This document shows, one piece after another, positions 24,141-40,538 of a stretch of DNA of 64,000 bases. The notes beneath the pieces are model-generated. The model searched no databases and was not told the origin of the DNA. It saw nothing but the letters and a program-made list of their open reading frames with translations. Position 1 is the first letter of the stretch; each line of letters opens with the position of its first letter. The stretch comes from Sminthopsis crassicaudata (lineage: Eukaryota), in NCBI RefSeq assembly GCF_048593235.1, contig NC_133622.1:250732055-250796054 (forward strand), given 5' to 3'. Both the position numbers and the translations under genes were made by a program.

Positions 24141-26955
24141 CTTTAGAGAAGTGGGGGACACAGGAAGTGCACACACTGGAAATCTAGCTGTAAGATTTCT
24201 TGTTATTCAGGCATCTCAGTTTCTCCATGCTAATAAAGGGGAAAACACTCAGTGGCTCAGGGAGGGTCATTTGAGGCTGAGGAATTTCAGAAGGATGAGA
24301 AGAGTCTCTTGTACAATCTCGGAACTCATCCTTGGGAGGATTCATTTTTGTTCCTAGAACAGTCTATAAAAACATTTGTTAAGCACATACTAGACTACAG
24401 GATGGGTACTGTCCTAAATGCTGAGGATGCTGAAAGACAGGCCTTGCTGTTAAGGGGCTTACTGTCCCTTAATGAGGGAGACAATGTGCAAATAACTCTG
24501 AACAAACTATATAGGGGAGAAACTGGAGATAACAGAAAGAAGACACTGGCATTAGAGGGAAACTCTAGCAGAATTAGAAAATTAGAATTAGAAATTCTAG
24601 GTAGAATTTTAGCAGTACAGAGTTATATAGAGAGCATCAAAGAAGATAATATGTTTAAGTCATTTTGTGAACATTAAATACATTATAAATATCTCATTGT
24701 TTTCATTACGGGAATTATAATGATTTGGGGACATATTCACAAAATAAATGCGGCTAGAAATTGACTCAGTCAGATGGAAGGAAGAATAGATAATTTCCAG
24801 ATCTGTTATTCCAGATTTCAATTTTTTAATCAAACCCATCAATTTTTTTGTGAGTTTGCAGTATATAGTGTCAAAAAAAGATAAACGTCATAGATTGAAG
24901 AAAGGAGGATACCAGCCACAGAAACTTGGCCAGAGCTTGATCTGGTATGTCTAGCGGTGCCTCCTATCTTGGTATATATCTAGGCGTAGCTCCCTATCCT
25001 GATCTACCTAGCCAGTGTCCAAAGAAGGGGAGGACGGTCAGAGGCAGGGGGAGGGAAGGCACAAGTTAGCCCTCAGCAACAATGCAGGAGGAAGGCCAAA
25101 GGGCCTCGAATCCAATCTCCCTGAGCTTGAAAGTGGATCAAATTCAGCAAAAGCTCATAAGATTCTAGATTTAGGCCTCAAAGGGACCTTAGATGTCATC
25201 TGGCCCCAAATCCTCATTCTACAAGTAAAAAACTGAGGTCCAGATTAAAATGGTTTGCTAAGGTTGGCGCAGATGGTATATTATTTCTAGGTATTCAACT
25301 CTGGTCCCTTGACAGCAAGTCACTGAACATCAATAAAACTTTTTCTTTAACTTTAGGTTTGTTTGTTTTAATTAAATATTATAAATCACAGTTTAAATTG
25401 GTTACCAACAACATTGGAAGAAAAGATATCCTTGAAAAGAACAAAAAATTCAAAAGAAAAACTTTTAATGAGCATAGGTAGAATTAAGCAGAAACAGGGG
25501 AAAAAAATACTACCATGATATAAACAGAAAGAACACAAAGTTTGTAATGATCTTTTATAAGCAAGATTAACCCAGAGAAGAGCTGAGAAAACGCAGAGAG
25601 GCAGAACTCTGGGAGTAGCTATTGTAGCTCTGTCAGACACAGCTAAGGCACGGTCAGCTTTGCTGAGCCCTTTTCTTACTTTTTTCTTTACTTTTACTTT
25701 TCTGTTAACAAGAGATGGCTGCCTGGTAGGAGAGGAAAGTGAGGAGGGTGAGCTCTTGCGCCTCAGAAATCGGAAATCCTTACAAATCGGGGCTTTATTG
25801 TTTGGTTTAGATTGGTTAGATTTTAAAAGTGTAAATAATCAGATTTCACTTAAAAGTGTTTGGGCAAACTTTTTTTTTTTTTTTAATTCCTGCAAAATCT
25901 GGTTGTTACACATTGCCAGCATTCCCCTGGTTATATTCGGAAATGAAATTGATGAGAAAACGTCCAAGGAGACAAACATACAAAGCAGATACAAAGTAAC
26001 TGGGGCGGAGAAAGGACATAAAATTGATACAATGTAACTTTTAACAGCCGCGCATCCCCAAGAGAGAGTGAAGAGACTTTTCTACATTCCCGGAAGGAGG
26101 AGTTGATGGGGGAGGGGAAACAATCCTGAGCGGGCGGACTGGTCTTTGCCCTTCGGTATATGCCCCGTTTCTCACAGCGCCCCACAAACAGTAGTTGTTT
26201 AAATAAATGCCGTGAATCTCGCCCACTGCAGAGGAAAAGCTCAGATTTATTTCCATCGCTATTTTCCTTCCTCGCTCCGTCCCAGGAACCCCTTCCACAA
26301 TTGGGGGTCCTCAATGGGAGGTGAAAGGAAAAAGGTCTAGGGAGGCGCCCCGGCCAGAGTCGGACGCTCCCATTAGTGGCCCAGAGGTTTTTGTCACTTT
26401 CTTGGACTTTCAGCGCGCCTGCGTTAAGAGACATAAACAGGCTCGAATAGCGCGTGCGCATTGGCTTAGTTTTGTTCTCTCTTACCAGATACTGGCTAGG
26501 TCTTGCTATTAGGAGAAAAGGGCCCCCGCCTGCCTTCTTGCGCTTGCGTAATTGAGCTGAGGGGGGCCGGGATTGGAGGCATATGGGACGTGGGGAAGAT
26601 GGCCGACCTTTTTGGCGCCTGCGCGTTGGAGTCTAGCTGGCTTTGATGTATATAGGCAAAGAGCCCTTCCGTTTGAAGCTTGGGCGAGGATGGGGTAGAG
26701 AGGCGAATTCTTTAGGCTAAGCGCCTGCGCGCTGGGTCTGTAGTAAGGGCGGGGGAGAGATCGCGCTCTCCCGGACCGGCGCCTGCGTGCTAGCGCAGAA
26801 GCAGCCTCTCTCTCCCGACCACACGCCTGCGCGCTGGCGTCGCAGCAGGGGCGGGGGCGGGAAGCGCGCGGGAGCGCGAGGGTGCGCGCTCCGGGTTGGG
26901 CGCCTGCGCACTGCGGCCCTGGGGGCTCCCGGGCTGAGGGAGAGGAGGAGGGAAG

Positions 26956-33908
<6,953 letters not shown>

Positions 33909-35057
33909 TGTGGCCGGGAGCCCGGGCACCCCAGGCCCCTTCCCCGGATGGGGCTCTGTCTTTCGAACCTCTCTCTTGTTTTCCACTTTCTCCTCTCCCG
34001 TCCTCCTCTTTGGCAGGCCCAGGGAGGGCAGTGCCAGGTTGTGTGGGGTGGCAGGCCAGGCTGACCTGGCAGCTCCGACACTGCCTGGCCCCGGCCTCTC
34101 CCGGAGGTGGGGGAGACAGGCTGCCCCTAGGAAGAACGGCCCAGCCTCTCCTCGCTCCTTTGCTCTCCGTAAAGTGCATTCACTCTGCCTGCCTTGGGCC
34201 CAGGCCCTGCTTCTCACAGGGTTCAGCTGTGCCCTCCACGCCGGAGCAGGAGGGCAGCTCACTTCTTTCCCAGCTCTGCCCACTCTGCCCCTCGGGTTTG
34301 CCCTCCTTGCTTTCTGAGGGCATTCCCAAGGGACCGTGGAAGCTGGGCAAGCCTGGGGGGCTCTGGCTCCCCCCTGCCTCTCCACTTTCCCACCTCCTCT
34401 CCCTCCTGCCCCTGCAGCAGAAGGGCACCCAAGGCCCGGCATGACCTCGGGCCCCCGGCCCCTTGGTGCTGCCCCCGGCCGTGGCGACCCCTCCCTCCCG
34501 GCTCATCTTCCGCAGCCTCTTTCGTGGCGAAAGTGATTCTCTACCTTGTGTGTCCACTCTCTTTCCTCAATTCCCCTTCTCCTTGTTGTTGTTTTGTTTT
34601 GTGGGGAGAAGGGAAGCATCAGGGGGCCGTCCAAGCAGTGTGGGGGCCAGAGGGAGATGTTGGATAATGTGCCTGTTTTTTAACTCTACTTCAAGCCTAC
34701 CTCCAAAATCCCCTTTCCGTTCTTCCTCCTCCCCACCTGGGCCTTTAGCCTTCTGCCCTCAATTGAATTGGGAGCCCCCCAGGCCCCCACACCCCAAGCA
34801 CCCAAGCTCCTGTGTCACAGGGGAGCCCCTCAGACATCCTCTCCTTGCACGCTTGCTAGCAGCTGGTAAGGCCTCCATGCCCCTCGTTGTTCCTCGGACT
34901 TCTGCCAGGCGAGGCTGGCAGTGGTAGGGAGGGGCACAGGACATGGCAGTGCCCCCAGGGAGCCCCTTCTGCTTGGGCCCGAGACTGGGCCTCTCTCACT
35001 GTCACTTTGGAGTCGAGGTGTCATTTTTTTAAGTTCCTGTATTCCAGACATTAGTAC

Positions 35058-35063
35058 AATAAA
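35058..35063 (+). terminator. Poly(A) signal of DPF2
   Basis: AATAAA in AT-rich context 1.15 kb after stop, followed by T/GT-rich sequence. Confidence 0.75.
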
Positions 35064-37299
35064 CATTTTTACATGGAGCCTCTGCTGCTTTGTGGGGCTC
35101 GTTGAAGGGAAAGTTGCACTCGGTGCCTGCTGGGAATCTTCCAGCTTAAACTGGTGCTTTGGAAAGGGTTCTGGGATCCTCTTCCGAATATGGGGGGGGG
35201 CTGGGGGCACAATTTTGTCCGAGTTTTGTGAGAAAGGTGCACTTGGTGGAAGGAAGTCTGTCTAGAAATGGCTATGATGTTTTGGATTTTGTTGGGGGGG
35301 GCATTAATGGGGGGCCCTTTGGTAGAACATCCAAGGTGTCTCATCTGTGGATCCCAGCATTTTGTTTCCCTGCCTAAGTCACCGAACACAAACATGGGTG
35401 CTGGTTTGGACCCGAGCATCTCGGGAAGTCTCCCCCAGCCTCAACCAGTCCTGACCACATCCTGGCTTCTGAGCCGCAGCTGCCTTGAAGAGTGGCCCGA
35501 GGGATGGCCGGGACGGGTCGAGGGACGAGCGACACGGAGGAAGTGAAGCCTCCCAGGGACCGTCTCCAATATTGGGGAGGTCTGGCCTATGAATTGGTTG
35601 GACTTTGCCGGGCTGGCTCGGAAATACTGTGGAGAACCACAGTGCCCGGCTGGAGAAGCAGCGGAGCCCCTGGGGCTGGGTCGGCATCTGCTTCCCGGGT
35701 TTTCTGGCCTGACTCCATTACGTAACGGCAGCCTCCTGACGACCAGTCCCCGAGCACTGTCTCCTGCTCTGCAGAGCTCTTGTCCCTTCAAGTGTGACAG
35801 AGGCACAAGGCGGTCAGGGCCCTTATTGGGGCCCATTCCAGCCGTTAAATTGTTATGTTTGAGAGTCCACACTAGAGCAGTCGGGTAAATGTTACAAGCT
35901 AGGCCTTGATTTATTATTTTAAGGGATTGCGAGACAGAGGGGAGGAAAATGGAGGTCGGAGAGCTCAGTGGGTAGGGAAGCAGCTCGGGTAAAGGCACGG
36001 AAGGTAGGTGGGCCAGATAGTGTGTCTATCAAGTGTGTGAAAGGGAATACGCACAACAGCCAGGGCTGAATCCAGTTTGGGACGGGCATTACGTGCCAAG
36101 GGAGCTTGGTTCTGATCCCAGAGGAGACAGGGAGCCGCCAGAATCCGGAGCACCGGGGACAAGCCTGTCCGTAAGTGCCCAAACTGGAGACTTGCCCCGG
36201 AGGTTTCCAGCAGCCATTAAGGAGGTTCAGGGCTCCCCACAGGGAAGCGTTTTGTCTGAGAAAGCAGCCACTGACAGTCTGTAGGAGATGGTGCCCCGCA
36301 GCTCGGCCCTGGGTGGAATCTCCAGCTGCAGCCCCCGAGGTTGCCATGTAGAGAGCCTGCGGGCCTTGGTCCGGCCTCCCTCCACAGCAGCAGGCAAGGG
36401 CAGCCAGAGCTCTCGGGCAGACTCTCCTGGCCAGCCCCTGGGCGTCCTCTCCTCCCAGAGGACAGGCGGGAGAGGCTGACCTCAGGCCGGTTCAGGTGAG
36501 TCACACCCGGGCTTTTGGGGCGGGTGCACAAACACACCTGTCGGCTGCTTTGGGCCTTGGAGCCTCTCGAAGGGCATTGTGGTGGTTCAATCACGCCCGA
36601 CTTTGGGGATTTTCCTGGCAAAGTCCCTGGCATGCTTTGCCATTTCCTTCCCTACCTCATTTTAACAAATGAGGAAACTAAGGCAGAAAGGGCGGAGTGT
36701 TTGAGACCAGGGTCACCCATTCAAGAAGTGTTTAAGGCCAGATTTGAACTCAGGAAGCGGAGTCCGGCCGTCAGGCCCGGCTCTCTCCACTGCACTGTCT
36801 ACGGGGAGGAACGGGGCTAAGGAGCCATCCCCGACTGGCTGCCCCTCGGCAGGAATCTGCGCTCAGACTGAGGGAGAGTCAACTTATCTGTGCCTCGGGC
36901 CAGGGGGAGATGGGGGGAGCTCGGCTGGGCGAGGCAGGAGCATCCGGGACTCACTGGCCTGGGGGAAGAATCCGCTTCCAGGAGCGGCTGCCAGCAGGGC
37001 TCCAGCTCGTCCGGGCAGCACCCTCCAGTCAGGAAAGAAGGGGGGGACAGAATGAGGGGGGCAGGAGGGCTGTGGATTTGGGGCAGTGGGGGCGGGTGCA
37101 GCCATTAGTGGGAGAGGTGGGGCATTTAGTTACTGAGAAAGGGGAAAAAAGGGCGGGGGGAGAAGATAAGGGAGGGACCGTGGGCGGGGCGAGCAGTAGA
37201 ATTAAATGGAAGTTAGCCAGGACGGAGGTAAGTGCGCGAGGAGTATTTCAGGCTCTGAGGAGAATTCATTAGGAAAAAAAGGAGGATCTCATTGAGGGC

Positions 37300-38120
37300 T
37301 CAAAGTCAATCGTCCCCGGTCCCCTCAGGCGGCTCGGCACCTCCTTATTCATTCGCCCCCCCTCCCCTTCAGGACGGGAGACCCGCCCAGCACAACTTCT
37401 CCGTCCAGCGGTCGGCCAAGACGCGCCTCCAAGGGGGAGGGGCCTGACCTCAAGCCCAAATCTGTCCCTCCCCGGGGACCGCCCTCCGCCGTGAGCGTTC
37501 TCCCGGAGCCATTTGCTCCCCGCCCTGCGCCAGCCTATCCGAAGCGCCCCGGACAAAAGCCCCAGCTGGCGCCACGCCCCCTTACCCCTGACTCTTCAAA
37601 TCCGGCTCCTTATCGGTCACCGTCAGCCCAGCGTGCCGACCTCCCCTCAGCACCCACCTTGGTCACGCCCCCGTTCTGCCCATCACCTCAAAGGCCCGCC
37701 CCTGGCACCTGCCTGTTCCCTCCACTTTCCCTTAAGCCCCGCCCCTCATTCGGCCTTATCTTTACTTCCTGGCCATGCCTATTACCACGAAGACCCGCCC
37801 CTGACACCTGCTTTCTGCCTCATTCCCCACTCTGGTCTATTGGCACAAAGGCCCGCCCCTCAGTGCCAGCCTTTCTCCTCACTCCAAGGCCCCGCCCAAT
37901 GCCCTTAGGCCCCGCCTCCAGCACCTGCGTTTCTGCTCACTCCTAGGTTCCGCCCCTCTGAGGGCGGGGCAAACGCCGGTTTTGTACTGAGGAGGCCGAG
38001 CTGTGGCCTGGGCTTAACCGTCCCTTCCGAGGCTACCAATGGAGGCCGGCTGGAGGCGGGACTTTGTCGGCTAGCAGCCAATCACTTTGCTCAGGAGGGA
38101 AGGGCCCTGTGACTTCTGGG
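37300..38120 (+). promoter_or_regulatory. TIGD3 promoter (GC boxes, CCAAT boxes)
   Basis: About ten CCCGCCC/CCGCCCC boxes, CCAAT at about 38035 and 38078, CpG-rich. Confidence 0.7.
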
Positions 38121-38376
38121 TACCGGAGTGGTTGTCTCTCCCCTCGCCCCGGAGCCCGGGAAAACCCGGAGCGGGGAGCAGACAGAGCCGGGCCGGGCCG
38201 GGCCAGGCCGGGCAGAGTCTAGAGGGTTCGGGCCGGCCCGGGGTCTGCATTTCGTGAAGCGCCCCCACCCCCGCCATCGCCCCAGCCCGACGCTGCAGGG
38301 ACCCGGCCCGGGAGGTGGGTGCTGGGGATTGTTGGGGGATGCTGGGGGATCCCGCGTCCCTTCCCATCGCCCACTT
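38100..38376 (+). other. TIGD3: Putative non-coding exon 1 of TIGD3 (5' end approximate)
   Basis: Follows CCAAT boxes; donor CTT|GTGAGT at 38377; pyrimidine-rich intron to acceptor cctgcag|39112. Confidence 0.55.
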
Positions 38377-39119
38377 GTGAGTCTCCGAGCCTTGACCCCC
38401 TCCTCCACTCCTGGTCTCCTTCATTTTCCCCCTTCCCTATTCGTGGTCCCCTTACTCTTGTCACCCCTCCCCCATTCTCGTCCCCCTCCCCCCCATTCTT
38501 GACCCCCTTCTCCTACGCTTGTTCCCTCCCATTCTTGCTCTCTCCACTCATGACCCCCATCCCCGTGGCCTCCCCTCCCTCTGTGTGCTGCCCCTCCCCC
38601 TTCTCCCTCCCCTCCCCCACTCAGTGGTCTTCACATCTGCTCCCTTTGTGTCCCCACCTGGCCTTGGGCTTCTCCCCCTCCTCGGGGTCCCCCGCCCCCT
38701 CTCCTCCCATCCCACTCTCCTACCTCCTCCTTCCCCCCTCCTCCTGGTCCTTCCTGGGTCCCCCTTAGCCTGCTCCAGCCCCCTCCATGCTTTGCCCCTT
38801 AGGATCCAGAAGACTTTAGAGAGCGCTTCTGCAGTCCGGGCCTGGGTCGGGTGAGATGATGTTAATAACTCGTGTTAGTAAAGATGGCACCGTGCCCAGC
38901 GGGCACAGTAGGTGCTGCATGAAGGCTTGCACCTGCTCACCTGGGAGCTGCCTCCTGCTCTGCCCATCTGGGCCTCCCTGGCCTGCTCCCACCTGTCCCT
39001 CCTCCCCTCCTGCCTGTGCTCCTCCCACACTGGCCCTTCTGCACCCACCCGCACCTCCCCATGCCCTTTTCTTGGCCCTGCCCACCTGTCCTATGTGGTT
39101 CCCACCTGCAGGAGAAGCC

Positions 39120-40538
39120 ATGGAACTCGGCGGCAAGAAGAAGCTTCACGCGCTGTCCCTGGCGGAGAAGATCCAGGTGCTGGAGCTCCTGGACGAATCC
39201 AAGATGTCCCAGTCGGAGGTGGCCCGGCGTTTCCAGGTCTCCCAGCCTCAGATCTCCCGGATCTGCAAGAACAAGGAGAAGCTGCTGGCAGACTGGTGCA
39301 GCGGCACGGCCAACCGGGAGCGCAAGCGCAAGCGGGAGTCCAAGTACAGCGGCATCGACGAGGCGCTCCTGTGCTGGTACCACATCGCCCGCGCCAAGGC
39401 CTGGGACGTCACGGGCCCCATGCTGCTGCACAAAGCCAAGGAGCTCGCCGACCTCATGGGCCAGCACTTCGTGCCCAGTATCGGCTGGCTGGTGCGCTGG
39501 AAGCGCCGCAACAACGTGGGCCTGGGCGTCCGCCACGTCCTCCCTCCTCCGGCCCGGACTTCCCCGGAGACTCCTCCCCCGGGCGCTGACCCTCAGACGC
39601 CCATTACCCTGAAAGACTTTTCCCCGGAGGATATTTTTGGCTGTGCTGAGGTGCCCTTATTGTATCGGGCGGTCCCCGGTGGGATGGCCCTGGGTGATCG
39701 GTTACAGGTGTTACTGTGTGCCAACAGTGGAGGGACCGAGAAGCGGCGGCTGGTGGTCGCAGGGGGCCGCCAGCGCTCTCCGCGGTGCTTCTTTGGGGTC
39801 AGCAGTGAGGCTCTGCCCGTCCTCTACCGCCCGGGCCCAGGGATCCCGTGGGCGGACTGGCTGGCCCAGCTGGACCAGGACATGGGGCAGCAGGGCCGAC
39901 ACGTGGCCTTGTTGCTGACCGCCCAGCCAGCCAGGGGCTCCACAGACCTACCCGAGCTTCAGCATGTGAGTCTGCTGCCTCTGCCTGCCGACGGCACCAT
40001 GCCCTGTTTACCCACTCCTGTGGTGCGGGACTTCAAGAGCCGTTACCGGCACCGGCTCCTGAGTAAGCTGGCCGCTCTCCGAGGGAGCGCGGAGGGCGTG
40101 TCTCTGGCTGCTGCCGGGGCCGGCATCACGGTGCTTGACGCCTTGCATATGATGGCAGCCGCCTGGGACAGGGTGCCCCCCAACTTCATCAGGAGCAGCT
40201 TTGCTCTGGCTGGCCTGTGGCCCAGCAGAACTCCTCCGTCCACAAAAGAAGTGCCCAAGATGCCCCCCCTGCCCAGCGGGCTGAGATCCGATGAATTCTC
40301 CCGCTTTGTAGACCTGGAAGGTGAGGAGACAGATGGGGGAGGATGCAAGGAAGAAGGGAGCAGTGAGGGCGAGGAAGAGAATGGGGACGACAGCTTCATG
40401 CCTTTGCCAACGAAGACAGATGCCTTGCAGGCACTGGGTACCTTGAGGCGATGGCTCGAGTGTAAAGGGGCTTCCCCTGAACTTTTTGAGAAATTTTATG
40501 ACTGTGAAGAGGAGGTAGAACGCATGTGCTACCAGTGA
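39120..40538 (+). CDS. TIGD3: Tigger transposable element-derived protein 3, 472 aa (CENP-B-type HTH domains plus degenerate DDE domain)
   Basis: gccATGG start 8 nt after a splice acceptor; MELGGKKKLHALSLAEKIQVLELLDESKMSQSEVARRF... and C-terminal SPELFEKFYDCEEEVER match TIGD3; syntenic position. Confidence 0.95.
   Translation: MELGGKKKLHALSLAEKIQVLELLDESKMSQSEVARRFQVSQPQISRICKNKEKLLADWCSGTANRERKRKRESKYSGIDEALLCWYHIARAKAWDVTGPMLLHKAKELADLMGQHFVPSIGWLVRWKRRNNVGLGVRHVLPPPARTSPETPPPGADPQTPITLKDFSPEDIFGCAEVPLLYRAVPGGMALGDRLQVLLCANSGGTEKRRLVVAGGRQRSPRCFFGVSSEALPVLYRPGPGIPWADWLAQLDQDMGQQGRHVALLLTAQPARGSTDLPELQHVSLLPLPADGTMPCLPTPVVRDFKSRYRHRLLSKLAALRGSAEGVSLAAAGAGITVLDALHMMAAAWDRVPPNFIRSSFALAGLWPSRTPPSTKEVPKMPPLPSGLRSDEFSRFVDLEGEETDGGGCKEEGSSEGEEENGDDSFMPLPTKTDALQALGTLRRWLECKGASPELFEKFYDCEEEVERMCYQ

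Noticed and set aside
24252-24677. 141-aa ORF with globular-looking composition
   Set aside because: Built on L2-type sequence (aacatttgttaagcac terminus); starts at GTG; no family recognised.
24710-24845. IMIWG...EGRID resembling a Tc1 transposase motif
   Set aside because: Too short and interrupted by a stop; no TIRs or further motifs seen.
25910-25951. IASIPLVIFGNEID resembling the small-GTPase G4 region (SAR1-like)
   Set aside because: Only 14 residues; no G1/G3 motifs nearby and the key NKxD lysine is absent; likely chance. A tBLASTn with SAR1/ARF would settle it.
38856-39119. 88-codon N-terminal extension of the TIGD3 ORF
   Set aside because: Lies in the C/T-rich intron upstream of a clear acceptor (39111); low-complexity Pro/Cys/Ser translation; the gccATGG at 39120 matches the known start.
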